NCBI GenBank assembly: GCA_963743305.1
Contig: CAVUPH010000006.1
Span: 96,001-160,000, forward strand
Source: an uncultured delta proteobacterium
GTDB lineage: Bacteria > Desulfobacterota > RBG-13-43-22
DNA: 64,000 nt
Direction: 5' to 3'
Below, piece after piece: positions 18,717 through 29,132 of the stretch; the first letter of the stretch is position 1; each line of letters begins with the position of its first letter. The notes under the pieces were generated by a model, which saw only the letters and a program-made list of their open reading frames with translations, did no database searches and was not told the origin of the DNA. A program made the translations under genes and the position numbers.

Positions 18717-19750
18717 TACTTACTCCAAAACCCTTTGCTTTCCTGGGCCAGCTTCTTCTTGAGCGGCTGCCACCATTCGGGGTGTTCCTGATACCATTGA
18801 ACGGTTTGCGCCAGCCCTGCTGAAAATTCCATCGTGGGGCGCCAGCCGATCTCCCGCCGGATCTTCTCGTTGCTCAAGGCGTAGCGCAGGTCATGCCCCG
18901 GTCGATCGGTCACATAGCGCAGCCATTCCTCTCCCCGGCCCAGGGTCTTCAAGACTTCCCGGGCCACTTCCATGTTCTTTCGCTCCGACTCTCCGCCCAC
19001 GTTGTAGGCCTCGCCGATCCGGCCGGCCGAAAGAATCCGATCGATGGCCCGGCAGGCGTCTTCCACGAACAGCCAATCCCGCACATTCTCGCCCCGGCCA
19101 TAAACCGGCACCGGTTGCCCCTCCAGAAGATTGGTGACCATCAAGGGAATGAATTTTTCCGGAAACTGGTAAGGGCCGTAATTATTGGATGGTCGAACGA
19201 TCAAGACCGGAAAGTGGAAGGTTTCAAAGTAGGCCCGGGCTAAGAGATCTCCGGAGGCCTTACTGGCCGAGTAGGGTGAGTTGGGCCGGAAAGGCGTTTC
19301 CTCGGTAAATATACCCTCGGCGCCCAGGGCACCGTAAACCTCATCGGTGGAGACGTGCAGGAAACGGAAACCGTCTGCCTTATCCAGTTTTTCCTCCCAA
19401 TAGCGTTTAAAAACCTCCAGCAGGGTATGGGTCCCCAGGACGTTGGTTTGAATGAATTCTTTCGATCCCCGGATGGATCGGTCCACGTGCGATTCGGCGG
19501 CGAAATGGACAACCGTTTGGACCGGGACCCGCTGTAACAGTTGGTTCAGCAGGGCTTCGTCCAGGATATCCCCTTCCACGAATTGGTACCAGGGTTCGGA
19601 GGCTAAGTCCCGAAGGTTCTCCGGATTGGCGGAATAGGTCAACTTATCCAGATTGACCAGCCGGTCCTCCGGGTGCGCCTGGTGGTACAGACGAATAAAA
19701 TTGGACCCGATAAACCCCAGGCCGCCGGTTACCAGTATGGTTTTGTTCAT
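18716..19750 (-). CDS. rfbB: dTDP-glucose 4,6-dehydratase
   Basis: GGLGFIGSNF, FAAESHVDRSI, STDEVYG, YSASK. Confidence 0.97.
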   Translation of the reverse strand: MNKTILVTGGLGFIGSNFIRLYHQAHPEDRLVNLDKLTYSANPENLRDLASEPWYQFVEGDILDEALLNQLLQRVPVQTVVHFAAESHVDRSIRGSKEFIQTNVLGTHTLLEVFKRYWEEKLDKADGFRFLHVSTDEVYGALGAEGIFTEETPFRPNSPYSASKASGDLLARAYFETFHFPVLIVRPSNNYGPYQFPEKFIPLMVTNLLEGQPVPVYGRGENVRDWLFVEDACRAIDRILSAGRIGEAYNVGGESERKNMEVAREVLKTLGRGEEWLRYVTDRPGHDLRYALSNEKIRREIGWRPTMEFSAGLAQTVQWYQEHPEWWQPLKKKLAQESKGFWSK

Positions 19751-19767
19751 AGCAAGCCTTTCCTCTC

Positions 19768-19806
19768 CTGGATTCCGGATCTCGTTTCACTCGTCCGGAA
19801 TGACGG
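19768..19806. repeat. REP-like hairpin between rfbA and rfbB
   Basis: ctggattccgga-tctcgtttcactcg-tccggaatgacgg. Confidence 0.65.
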
Positions 19807-19853
19807 CTATTGCCTTTATCGCTCCGCGCTCTGCGCCAGGCGCCCTGCGTTCT

Positions 19854-20921
19854 TTAGACTTCCACCACCGCATTGTCTCCCACCATCAGCCTCAGGGCCT
19901 GGGACCGGTTTTTACCCTGGGTAATCCGGCTTTCCCGGCCTATGAGGCTGTCCTCCAGTCGGGGGATATTCTCGATGTGGCAGTCATTCAAAACAACCGA
20001 ATGCTCCACTACGGAATGGATGATCCGGGTGCGGTGACCGATGGTGGTGTAGGGCCCGATAAAGGAATCGCTGATCTCCGCCCCTTCGCCGATCACCGCC
20101 GGACCGCGGATAATGCTGTTCACTACCCGGGCCTTGGTTCCCAGACGGACCCGACCGGTCACCTGGCTTTGAGCATCACATTCGCCGCAGAGGTCCCGTT
20201 TCACGTAATCATCCAGGACCGTGGTGTTGGCCGCCAGAAAATCATCCTTTTTGCCGGTGTCCAGCCACCAGCCCTCCAGTTTGTGCCCCTTGACCAGGCC
20301 TTTCATATTCATCAATTCCTGGATGGCATCGGTGATTTCCAACTCCCCGCGGGCCGAGGGCTTAATCCGGGCGATGGCCTCGTGGATCCGGGGCGAAAAA
20401 AAATAAATCCCCACCAGGGCCAGATTGGAAGGCGGTTTCTTCGGTTTCTCGATCAGGCGGGTGATACGCCCTTTTTTATCCAGAACCGCCACTCCGAAGG
20501 CGCTGGGATTGTCCACTTCCTTCAAGAAGAGGAAGGCGTCCAACTTTTCTTCCAGAAACCGCTCCCGGTAGCCTTTGATTCCCTCGGCCAAGAGATTATC
20601 CCCCAGGTACATGACAAAAGGGGATTGGCCCAGGAACGGCTGCCCGGTTTTGACCGCATGGGCCAGACCCAGGGGCTGATCCTGGAGGATGTAGGTAATG
20701 CGCAGTTCCCAGCGACGGCCGTCCCCCAAAAATCGACGGACATCCTCCTGGGTTTCCGGAGCTACGATCACCCCCACTTCCTTGATGCCGGCATCCATCA
20801 AGTGCTGAAAAACATACCCCAGGATCGGTTCGTTGGCCACCGGAACCAGTTGCTTGGCCAGGGTATGGGTGATGGGACGCAAACGGGTCCCTTTGCCGCC
20901 GGAGAGCACTAAGGCCTTCAT
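19854..20921 (-). CDS. rfbA: Glucose-1-phosphate thymidylyltransferase, long form
   Basis: LSGGKGTRLRPIT..KQLVPVAN, RGELEITDA, C-terminal beta-helix. Confidence 0.95.
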   Translation of the reverse strand: MKALVLSGGKGTRLRPITHTLAKQLVPVANEPILGYVFQHLMDAGIKEVGVIVAPETQEDVRRFLGDGRRWELRITYILQDQPLGLAHAVKTGQPFLGQSPFVMYLGDNLLAEGIKGYRERFLEEKLDAFLFLKEVDNPSAFGVAVLDKKGRITRLIEKPKKPPSNLALVGIYFFSPRIHEAIARIKPSARGELEITDAIQELMNMKGLVKGHKLEGWWLDTGKKDDFLAANTTVLDDYVKRDLCGECDAQSQVTGRVRLGTKARVVNSIIRGPAVIGEGAEISDSFIGPYTTIGHRTRIIHSVVEHSVVLNDCHIENIPRLEDSLIGRESRITQGKNRSQALRLMVGDNAVVEV

Positions 20922-21131
20922 AGGCCTCCTTTCTGACCAGAAATAATAAAAGGCTGAATGCCCATCTAACCCAAGTTGCGGCTAAAAGTCAAGAGTCGGC
21001 AGGAATACGCTTCTTTTTAGTCCTTGTTAATTTAAAGTAAATGGTTTAATAAATACGAGTCGGTCAGGGGAGAGGTTCCGGTTCCCGCCCCGGATGGGGG
21101 ATAACGCTTCTTTTTAGAGAAAGGTGCGCTG

Positions 21132-21560
21132 ATGTTCAAAGATGCCGTTAAACTGGTTCATTGCCTGGTGACTAAAGCCGATCCCGGTCCCTCCGGGCCG
21201 GAAGTCCGGTTTATCCCCCAAGCGGAGTATGATCTCTGGAAATATATGGTCGCCAGCCAGTACCATTTTACCGTGTCCGACGAAAAAATTTACCTCTATA
21301 TTTCCCGCCGGGAATACGAGGCCCATGAGGCCTTGTGCTCGCGCTTGCCCCAGGTGGAAATCAATAAGATCACTTTGTATTTTTTTCTCAAAGCGGATCA
21401 GGTACTGGTACCGGTGATCCGCTATTTTCCCAAAGAACGATACCCCGCGATTAAGCCGTTATTTTTGAATCACTTTAGGGACTTTGAAGATCGAAACCAC
21501 GCCACCAAGGTCCTGAAAGAAATCGTCGAAGAAGAAGGTCTGGGTCTGCGAAATCTTTAA
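21132..21560 (+). CDS. Hypothetical protein
   Basis: Clean ORF with RBS-like AAGG, convergent with the PilB-like gene; no motif recognised. Confidence 0.65.
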   Translation: MFKDAVKLVHCLVTKADPGPSGPEVRFIPQAEYDLWKYMVASQYHFTVSDEKIYLYISRREYEAHEALCSRLPQVEINKITLYFFLKADQVLVPVIRYFPKERYPAIKPLFLNHFRDFEDRNHATKVLKEIVEEEGLGLRNL

Positions 21561-22948
21561 ACCGCCTCCCCGCCGCAATAGGGACACACCCGCCAGTTTT
21601 TCCGTAACCGTTTTCCGCACCCCCGGCACCGCTGAACCAGGGGCCGGGCGCATTGCGGGCAATAAAGATAATAATGCTCCAGCGGGTATAAACAATGGGG
21701 ACAGCAGCGCGCCCCCAGATCATAAGGGACCACCCGCAGCAACTCTTCCAGGGAGATCAAGCCCTTTCGGGCCTTTTGCAGGGCCGTGGCCAGCAAAGGT
21801 TCCACCTCTTCCTGAGCGGTCAGATAACGGAGATCGTTTTCCGAAGTCCGGGAGAGCAAGGCTTCCCTGATGGCCGGGGTGACGGTCAACAGTTCAAACA
21901 CCCCCTCCCGGCCGGTGACGCCCTGCCCTTGGCATTCCTGACACCCCTGACCGCGGTAAAAGGTCTGATCCGCCGAACCGGACAAGTGAAACCGTTCCAG
22001 AAATTCCGGATCCGGTCGGTAAGGGGTCAAGCACTGAGGACAGTTCCTCCGGACCAGGCGCTGCGCTAAGATTCCCAACAGTGAAGAAGAAATCAGGTAC
22101 GGGGGCAGGCCCAAATCGGTTAATCGGGTAATGGTGGATACGGTGTCATTGGTATGGAGGGTACTCAAAACCAGGTGCCCGGTCATGGCCGCCCGAAAGG
22201 CAATCTGGGCGGTCTCTTCATCCCGGATTTCCCCGACCATAATGACGTCGGGGTCCTGGCGTAAAACCGACCGGAGCACCGAGGCAAAGGTCAGTCCAAT
22301 TTTTTCATTCACCTGAATCTGATTAATCCCCTCCAGGAGGTACTCCACCGGATCTTCGATCGTGACAATATTTATTCTGGGACGGTGGAGGGAACGCAGC
22401 AGGGAGTACAGGGTGGTGGATTTCCCGCTCCCGGTCGGACCGACCACCAGTAGCATACCCTGGGACCGTTCCACCATGGCCTTTACCCGTTGAAGCGACC
22501 GGGAAGGGATCCCCAGATGGTCGGGCCCCGGGAACCCCCGGGAATCGCCCAGAAGCCGAACGACCACCTTCTCCCCCCAAAGGGTCGGCAGGCAGGAGAC
22601 CCGCAGGTCCAGCGTTTTTCCTTGAACCACCCGGTGAAAGCTGCCATCCTGGGGATTGCGTTTCTCGCTGATGTTGAGGTTGCAGGTGATTTTAAATCGC
22701 GAAACCAGGGGTTCCTGAAGGGACTTGGGGAGCACCGGACCGGACACCAGCAGGCCATCCACCCGAAATCGAACCTGAACCGCTTGAGGTAATGGTTCCA
22801 GGTGGACGTCGCTGGCTCCCCGATCGACGGCCTCCGCCAATAGTTCATTCTGCAGACGCACCGCCGGGGCTGTTTCCTCCGAAAAAAGGGCTTTTTCATT
22901 CCGGAATTCCCTCGGGCTTAGAATCGCTTCCCTTCTGGCCGTTTGCAT
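21557..22948 (-). CDS. GspE/PilB-family secretion ATPase with C-terminal double zinc ribbon and no N-terminal domain
   Basis: ASDVHLEP, GPTGSGKS, TIEDPVE, LRQDPDVIMVGEIRD, GHLVLSTLHT; C-terminal CPHC-CPQC-CRGC-CPYC. Confidence 0.92.
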   Translation of the reverse strand: MQTARREAILSPREFRNEKALFSEETAPAVRLQNELLAEAVDRGASDVHLEPLPQAVQVRFRVDGLLVSGPVLPKSLQEPLVSRFKITCNLNISEKRNPQDGSFHRVVQGKTLDLRVSCLPTLWGEKVVVRLLGDSRGFPGPDHLGIPSRSLQRVKAMVERSQGMLLVVGPTGSGKSTTLYSLLRSLHRPRINIVTIEDPVEYLLEGINQIQVNEKIGLTFASVLRSVLRQDPDVIMVGEIRDEETAQIAFRAAMTGHLVLSTLHTNDTVSTITRLTDLGLPPYLISSSLLGILAQRLVRRNCPQCLTPYRPDPEFLERFHLSGSADQTFYRGQGCQECQGQGVTGREGVFELLTVTPAIREALLSRTSENDLRYLTAQEEVEPLLATALQKARKGLISLEELLRVVPYDLGARCCPHCLYPLEHYYLYCPQCARPLVQRCRGCGKRLRKNWRVCPYCGGEAV

Positions 22949-23076
22949 GGGCTGCCTCCCTCTAAAAGAGTATCTTTTGCACAGACAAAGCTACCATCAT
23001 ATTATATTCTGGACATCCACCCCAAAGACTGAACAACCTCAAATAACTGCAATGGTTATGCCAGGGAAGTGGTGCT

Positions 23077-23814
23077 TCAGGCGGGAAGGAGAGAAAAACA
23101 TTCCAGCAGCCAGCGGACCATTTGCCTTCGTCTATCTAGAAATCGAGGATCTCTGAAGCCGTGCCGCCAGGTAGCGCCGGAGAGCTCATCGGAAACCATC
23201 AGCAGGGCCGCGGTTTTAATTCCGCGAAAGGCCCCCACCGTATAAAAAGCCGAAGTCTCCATGTCGACCCCCCAGAGGCCTCTGGACTGACAGGCCCGGA
23301 TCTTGGCCCAGGTTTCCCGATAGGGAGCATCGGTCGTCCAGACCGGGCCCACGCGGTAAGACAGGCCCGAGTGGTCCAGCGCCCTTCCCAGGTCCGCCGA
23401 AAATTGGGGATGGGCTCGGGGATGGGGTTCGGGGGTGTAATGCCGGGAAGTGCCCTCATCGCTTTCGGCCCAGTCCGGGAGGAGGAGATCTCCCGGCAAC
23501 AAATCCGATTTCAGACTGCCGGTCCAGCCGAAGAGCAGCACGCTCCGGGCCCCGAGGGCAATCAATTTCTCCAGCACCATGACCGCCTGCGGAGATCCCA
23601 GAACCGGTCCGGCCAAGGCCAGGGTCCGGGACGGGTGCGGCAAATGATAGAGTCGCAGCCAGGAATTTTTGAAACGGAGTTCCCCCGGAGGCCGGATCGT
23701 CTGGCTCAGCATTTTCAAGTCCCCGGGAACCGCCACCAGTATGGCCAATGGGCCGATGGCCGGTTCCCGACCGGATTTCTTGGGATTAATAGCGCAGTCG
23801 GAGGGTAAAGCCAT
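23077..23814 (-). CDS. Nucleoside phosphorylase (PNP/UDP family)
   Basis: GSPQA..LEKLIALGA, DEGTS, VWTTDAPYRET, VDMET; ATG overlaps the recN stop (TGATG). Confidence 0.9.
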   Translation of the reverse strand: MALPSDCAINPKKSGREPAIGPLAILVAVPGDLKMLSQTIRPPGELRFKNSWLRLYHLPHPSRTLALAGPVLGSPQAVMVLEKLIALGARSVLLFGWTGSLKSDLLPGDLLLPDWAESDEGTSRHYTPEPHPRAHPQFSADLGRALDHSGLSYRVGPVWTTDAPYRETWAKIRACQSRGLWGVDMETSAFYTVGAFRGIKTAALLMVSDELSGATWRHGFRDPRFLDRRRQMVRWLLECFSLLPA

Positions 23815-25532
23815 CAATACCCGGTCGGTTCCTGGGACCTGTTCAACAATTCCCTGGCCAGGATTTTGGTAGATTCCGAGGGGGCGGCCCCGGACAACAT
23901 CCGGGCCAATTCCAGCAACCGCTCTTCTTCGTTTAAAACTTTTATCTCGGTGTAGGTGCGTTTGGCTTTTACTTTCTTGATGACCTGATAGTGGCTGTCG
24001 GCGAAGGCGGCGATTTGCGGCAGATGGGTGATGCATAAAACCTGATGAATCCGGGCCAAGGCTTTCAGTTTGCGTCCGACCTTTTCTCCCAGGCTGCCCC
24101 CGATACCGGCATCCACTTCGTCAAAAATCAGGGTTTCGGTCACTCCGCGTTGGGAAAGCAATCCTTTAAGCACCAGAAGGATCCTGGACAATTCGCCCCC
24201 CGAAGCGATGCGGGCCAACGGACGTAGCCCTTCCCCGGGATTAGGGGCCAGCAGGAATTCCCCCTTTTCCAGGCCCTCCGGAGTCAGCAGTCGGCCCCCA
24301 TAGGAAAATACCGCTTCGGTTTTGGGATCAAATGACGGTGAGGTAAACTGGATTTCAAAGCGACAGCCGGCAAGGCCCAATTCCTTAAATTCCTCTTCCA
24401 CCAGGCGAATCAAGCGCCGGGCGCTTTCGCGACGCCGGGTGGAGAGGACTTCGGAAACCTCGAATACGGTCCGGCGTTGGTTTTCCACGGCCTGCTCCAA
24501 GGCGCTTTGGCGCTGGCCGCTGTCCTCCTGTTCTTTTAACTGCCCTTCCAGAGTGGCCGAATAATCCAAAATCGCTTCGGCCGTTGGACCGTATTTGACC
24601 GCTAACCGCTGGAACTGCTGGAGCCGGTCCTCTACCTCCTCCAGGGTCCGGGGATCGAAAATTAACCCTTGGCCGTACTGGCGAAGCACAATCCCGATTT
24701 CCGACAGTTCCACTCCCAGGCGGTCCAGGGTCTCTCGGCTGGCTTCCAGGGTGGGATCGATGACGGCTACCGATCGCACCAGCTCCTTTACCCGCCCCAG
24801 TAAATTGGAGAGGGAATGGTCCGAACCGTCCAAGATTTCCTGGGCCTGATGGATCTTTTCCCAGATCTTCTCAGCCTGACGCATGACCTCCTTGCGCCGG
24901 CGCAATTCCTGTTCCTCCCCGGGTTTGAGTTGGGCCTGGCGAATCTCCTGAAGCTGAAAATTCCAGAGTTCCACCAAGTCATTTCGTTGCCGAGCCACCT
25001 CCTTGAGCCTTTCCAGCAGACGAATCTGCCTTTCCAATTCCTCATAGCCTGCCCTGACTTCCTGGCGGAGATCTTCCAGATCGGCAAAACGGTCCAGAAA
25101 AGAAAGATGCTGATTCGGATTTAATAGGGTTTGATATTCATGCTGGTTGGAAATGCTGATCAGGGTTCGGGTGTGCTGGGCCAATTGGCTCAAACCGGCG
25201 ACTTGGCCGTTAATCCAAGCCCGGCTTTTACCGGCGCCCTGAATGCTCCGACGAAACAGCCATTGGGGATCCCCTGAACAATCGGGGCAGGACGGCCCGA
25301 CCTTCCGGCCGTCACCCGCTTCCAGCACAAACAGGGCCGAAACGTTGGCTTCCGTCGTCCCCTGACGGATTACCTCCGCCGTCGCTTTATTCCCCAAAAG
25401 AAGGTTCACGGCCTTGATGATAATCGATTTCCCGGCCCCGGTTTCCCCGGAAAGTACGTTCAGCCCCGGCCCGAAGACAATATCCAGGTTTTCGATGAGG
25501 GCAAGATTTTGGATTTGCAGCAGCTCCAGCAT
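23814..25532 (-). CDS. recN: DNA repair protein RecN
   Basis: GETGAGKS, ASGGELSR, IFDEVDAG, ITHLPQIA. Confidence 0.97.
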   Translation of the reverse strand: MLELLQIQNLALIENLDIVFGPGLNVLSGETGAGKSIIIKAVNLLLGNKATAEVIRQGTTEANVSALFVLEAGDGRKVGPSCPDCSGDPQWLFRRSIQGAGKSRAWINGQVAGLSQLAQHTRTLISISNQHEYQTLLNPNQHLSFLDRFADLEDLRQEVRAGYEELERQIRLLERLKEVARQRNDLVELWNFQLQEIRQAQLKPGEEQELRRRKEVMRQAEKIWEKIHQAQEILDGSDHSLSNLLGRVKELVRSVAVIDPTLEASRETLDRLGVELSEIGIVLRQYGQGLIFDPRTLEEVEDRLQQFQRLAVKYGPTAEAILDYSATLEGQLKEQEDSGQRQSALEQAVENQRRTVFEVSEVLSTRRRESARRLIRLVEEEFKELGLAGCRFEIQFTSPSFDPKTEAVFSYGGRLLTPEGLEKGEFLLAPNPGEGLRPLARIASGGELSRILLVLKGLLSQRGVTETLIFDEVDAGIGGSLGEKVGRKLKALARIHQVLCITHLPQIAAFADSHYQVIKKVKAKRTYTEIKVLNEEERLLELARMLSGAAPSESTKILARELLNRSQEPTGY

Positions 25533-25600
25533 CGGACCGCGTTCCCTGAAAAAGGGTTTTTGGCTTCTTAACCGCCAAGGTTGATTCGAACCCCAGGAAT

Positions 25601-25640
25601 AAAAAAAGGCCCTCCAAAAGACGATGCCATTTGAGGGCCT
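25601..25640 (-). terminator. Rho-independent terminator after csp
   Basis: AGGCCCTC/GAGGGCCT stem followed by a U-tract on the minus strand. Confidence 0.7.
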
Positions 25641-25666
25641 GGTGTTTTTAGATTTTCAGCGGATGG

Positions 25667-25870
25667 TCAAACCTTCATGACATTCGCGGCCTGCAACCCT
25701 TTATCCCCATCCTTGATTTCAAACTCCACATCCTGACCTTGTTTAAGCGTCTTAAACCCATCACTCTGGATAGCGGTGTAGTGAACAAAGACGTCGGATC
25801 CGCCCTCCCTTTCAATGAATCCAAACCCCTTGGCATCGTTAAACCACTTGACCTTCCCTCGACTCATCAT
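25667..25870 (-). CDS. csp: Cold-shock protein
   Basis: [21 protein letters not shown]. Confidence 0.97.
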   Translation of the reverse strand: MMSRGKVKWFNDAKGFGFIEREGGSDVFVHYTAIQSDGFKTLKQGQDVEFEIKDGDKGLQAANVMKV

Positions 25871-26066
25871 GGTACCCCCTCCTTAAAAATAGGCTACACG
25901 GATGAAAGCTCCGTTACTGCAGGCCGGACAAAAAAAGGTAAAAAAGCGACGTCACCTTTTTACCTTGCTGGGAATTCGGACATTCATATAAAAATCAAAA
26001 ACCTCGATAAGGGGCTATTTAACTTGGATTATAAAGCATGTCAAGATCTTTTTTAATCTCCGGCGG

Positions 26067-27197
26067 CTAAAGTTGCATCCAGCCCTTTAGTCTAAATTCC
26101 CCTATCAGCGGTGGATGAGGCAAGTAGGGATTATCTACCCGGTCGGAGCGCCGGAAAATCAAAGGGCCCGAGGAGTGAATGGATCCTCGGCTGACGATCA
26201 GGCCCTCCAGTCTGCCGTTGACCGGTGGAATAAACGCCCCTCCCGACCAGAATACCGCCGCTGCCTCCGTGGCCGCTTCCACGAGGATATCTCCGCCGGC
26301 CAGGAAGGCCACATTCAGTTTCTGGGCTCCGTTAAGCCGGGCCGTGCCCTTGAAGGTGATTTTTCCGGTACTGACCAGGGTTATCCCGCTCAATTCCTCC
26401 CCCTCAAGCGTTACCTCCCCATCCACGAATATCAGGTTTCCTTGTTGATCTCCGGACAACCTCAGGGTCTGGGGACCGACAAAGTAATGGTTTCCCTCCT
26501 CTTGGGCCTGTCCCCGCAGCCGGTCAAAATCGGCCGGTTGAAGTACGGGTACTTCCCAGGCCTCCCGATAGTCGCCGCGGAGGGGATCCGCGGATTGACT
26601 GACGGTGAATTGCTGCTGCCTCAGACCATCGACCAGTGTGGGGTCAAGATCGAACCCCTGATTGGCATGAATATGGGTCTGCATTTGGATGGGCCCTCCC
26701 AGGTGCAGGCTCCCGGCGGTTAACAGCCCGATTCGAAAGGGAGCGGTGGCATCCTGGGCCCCGCCGCTGAAGCCCCCCAGGATGGTGGCCTTGAGTCGAG
26801 CCGTTGTTTGATTAAGAGGATCGACCGCCTGAACAACGAATTCAGCAAAACCCGGAACCGCTCCGGGATCGTAGCGCAAAGACTCCACCCAAAGCCGATA
26901 CTGTTTCCAATTGGCTTGCGCCGGCTCATGAAACGGCAGCGCTATTTCCGAACCGCTTTTTTTCAGGAGGAAGAATTCGGGATGGGCGCGAAAACCGGCC
27001 AGGAGGGTCTGAACCCCGGCCTCGGCCGCGTAGAGGACCTGTTGGCTATCCCGGTAATGGGCCATGATCTTCAAGTCCGCCCCGGACATCAAAAAGGCGG
27101 TGGTTCCGATGATGGTTACCCCCAGCATGGCCAGTAAAACCATGATCAGGGCCGCGCCCTTTTCCTGCTTACGGCTTTCCTTTTTAGGTCGCTTCAA
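26067..27197 (-). CDS. pilX: Type IV minor pilin PilX-like
   Basis: G|AALIMVLL without E5; YAAEAG. Confidence 0.8.
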   Translation of the reverse strand: MKRPKKESRKQEKGAALIMVLLAMLGVTIIGTTAFLMSGADLKIMAHYRDSQQVLYAAEAGVQTLLAGFRAHPEFFLLKKSGSEIALPFHEPAQANWKQYRLWVESLRYDPGAVPGFAEFVVQAVDPLNQTTARLKATILGGFSGGAQDATAPFRIGLLTAGSLHLGGPIQMQTHIHANQGFDLDPTLVDGLRQQQFTVSQSADPLRGDYREAWEVPVLQPADFDRLRGQAQEEGNHYFVGPQTLRLSGDQQGNLIFVDGEVTLEGEELSGITLVSTGKITFKGTARLNGAQKLNVAFLAGGDILVEAATEAAAVFWSGGAFIPPVNGRLEGLIVSRGSIHSSGPLIFRRSDRVDNPYLPHPPLIGEFRLKGWMQL

Positions 27198-28114
27198 TTC
27201 CGTCTCCTCACCTGTGAGGTTAAAAGCAAAGGTTGTCCTTCCCTTTCAGCGGCTGTAGCCCTTCCTGGTTCCAGAAGTGCTCCGATTTCCAGGTCAAATG
27301 AACCGTTCGGCCCTGGTTTAATCTTTAGATGAACGATATCTTCCGCCACCGGTTCAAATCCGCCGGCGTTGATTTTTCGTTTCAACACCGGTCTCCCGGC
27401 TTCGTGGAAATGCCCGGCCGAATCATTCTGGTCGGTAAAGACGGCGTAACTGACCAGGCTCACTTCACCCACCTCTGTTCCAGAAGGCTGGGTCTGTTCT
27501 AAGCCCTGCCACCCTGGATCCCTGGGGTCGGCATCAAGGGTCAGGCTCCGGCCGTTGATCGCTCTGACCAGAGCGAATTGAGGAGGTTTCCCGAGATAGA
27601 GAACATCCCCTACCCGATACTGGTCGCTGACCTCGGAAGCGGATAACGACAGGGTTAAAATATTTCCTCCGGCCGGGACCTCCGAGGCCAGGACGGCCGG
27701 GTTGTTTTCATTCGGCAAGACGGTCACGATGGAAATAACATCCGGGTGAACTCCACCGGAGACTACGGTCACCGCTTCCTGGAGGTTTACGGCCAGTGGG
27801 TATTTAGGGAGATACGCCTCCGGGATCCCCAGGCCGGTGATCAGTCGCTGCGACTCATCCCCATCGGGATAGGCGGCCAGCCGGAGGTCGCGGCTGATCA
27901 TTTCCAGGGAGGCCCGGAGAACCTGTTGGCGATTCACTTTTCGACCCTGTTGTCTGAAGGCATCGGCTTGATGAATATACAGCTCGTAGGTTACCCCCAG
28001 AATCGAGACGATCAGCCCCAGGGCCACCAGCAGTTCCAGAAGCTGAAAGCCGGTGGCGTCTTTGATCCGATAGCGAACCGAGTCTTGAACAGCATCCCCC
28101 GAAATCCGGACCAT
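27194..28114 (-). CDS. pilW: Type IV minor pilin PilW-like
   Basis: G|FQLLELLVAL; ISRDLRLAAY; EPVAEDI. Start at MVRISG follows AAGGAGGT. Confidence 0.8.
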   Translation of the reverse strand: MVRISGDAVQDSVRYRIKDATGFQLLELLVALGLIVSILGVTYELYIHQADAFRQQGRKVNRQQVLRASLEMISRDLRLAAYPDGDESQRLITGLGIPEAYLPKYPLAVNLQEAVTVVSGGVHPDVISIVTVLPNENNPAVLASEVPAGGNILTLSLSASEVSDQYRVGDVLYLGKPPQFALVRAINGRSLTLDADPRDPGWQGLEQTQPSGTEVGEVSLVSYAVFTDQNDSAGHFHEAGRPVLKRKINAGGFEPVAEDIVHLKIKPGPNGSFDLEIGALLEPGRATAAEREGQPLLLTSQVRRRN

Positions 28115-28130
28115 TTCTTTACCTCCTTTT

Positions 28131-28442
28131 TTTTGGGTGGACGGCCACAATATATGGTAGCTTAGTCTGAAAGCGGTGCTCCGTGGCCGCCGGGTCTCGG
28201 CGAAAGGGTTTTCTCCCGCCTCAGGGACTTTTCAGGTTCTAACCCGGTCCCCATCTTGTCAATTCTTCGGGGAGGCAGGGCCGGCCTGATAGGCATCAGA
28301 GGTCTCTGAATTTGGGCCTGCTTTAAATAAAATTAGCATCCTAGGCCCGGATTCGAAGTCCGGAGTACCTATGGAAAACCCTTTCGCCGAGACCCGACGG
28401 CCATACCAGCCATGATGGGTACCCACCCAAAAGGGCGAAGCG
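28131..28442. repeat. Nested inverted-repeat element, copy A
   Basis: Inner arms GCCGGGTCTCGGCGAAAGGGTTTTC / GAAAACCCTTTCGCCGAGACCCG; outer arms TTTTGGGTGG / CCCACCCAAAAGGGCGAAGCG. Confidence 0.9.
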
Positions 28443-28447
28443 ACGAT

Positions 28448-28918
28448 TTATTGCACTCTTACCCTTCCTTGCGATGAAACAGTAATCAATTTCTGTCGTT
28501 CTCCGCTCTTCAGGAGAATGGAGGCACCGGCCGCCGTCCCCCGCGGGGAAAAAACCGGGTTGAAACTGCTGCTCAATAAGTCCACCCCCGGGTGATAGTA
28601 GGGATTTTCCGGGTTATTGAATTCTCGAGAGATTCCTGCCGGGACTCCTGTCCACTGGATGCCAGCGGAGGCGGAGGCCTTCTCGATCTGATAGGATTCC
28701 CGGCCCGGGGAAAAAACTATTCGGCAGGGGCGGTTTTGAGCAATGGCCATCATCCGAGTCGTCTGGATATCCAGGACGATATCCTTTACGGCTCCCTGCA
28801 GATGGAGGGATGGGTAGAGATCCCGGAAACCAAAACCGACCAGGGCCGCCGTCAGACCGACCAATCCCAGGGTGACGACGATCTCCAGGAGAGTCATTCC
28901 CTTAGACGAGTTCCACAT
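28448..28918 (-). CDS. fimT: FimT/GspH-like minor pilin
   Basis: G|MTLLEIVV; FSPRGT; ITVSSQGRVR. Confidence 0.85.
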   Translation of the reverse strand: MWNSSKGMTLLEIVVTLGLVGLTAALVGFGFRDLYPSLHLQGAVKDIVLDIQTTRMMAIAQNRPCRIVFSPGRESYQIEKASASAGIQWTGVPAGISREFNNPENPYYHPGVDLLSSSFNPVFSPRGTAAGASILLKSGERQKLITVSSQGRVRVQ

Positions 28919-29132
28919 CCCTTCCTCTCCTAAGCGTTATGTTGATTTATAAACATTCAAAGCCACATTTATGCCGCATAGGGGTGTTTAAAAAGATGAA
29001 CGTCCAACATCTTTTCAGTAAACTTACCGCAGTCCATCCGTCGCCTGAAAGGCCTGGCGCTTATGGCTTTCCCTCCAGGGTCAAAAGGCCTCTCCGAAGG
29101 AACGGCAACAATTTTTCGAGTGATTTTTGGAG

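Noticed and set aside
19653-20912. 419-aa plus-strand ORF and many similar shadow ORFs
   Set aside because: Antisense to well-supported genes (here rfbA), expected from high GC3, and without motifs
23815-24036. N-terminal extension of the nucleoside phosphorylase
   Set aside because: It overlaps recN in another frame; the coupled start at 23814 fits better
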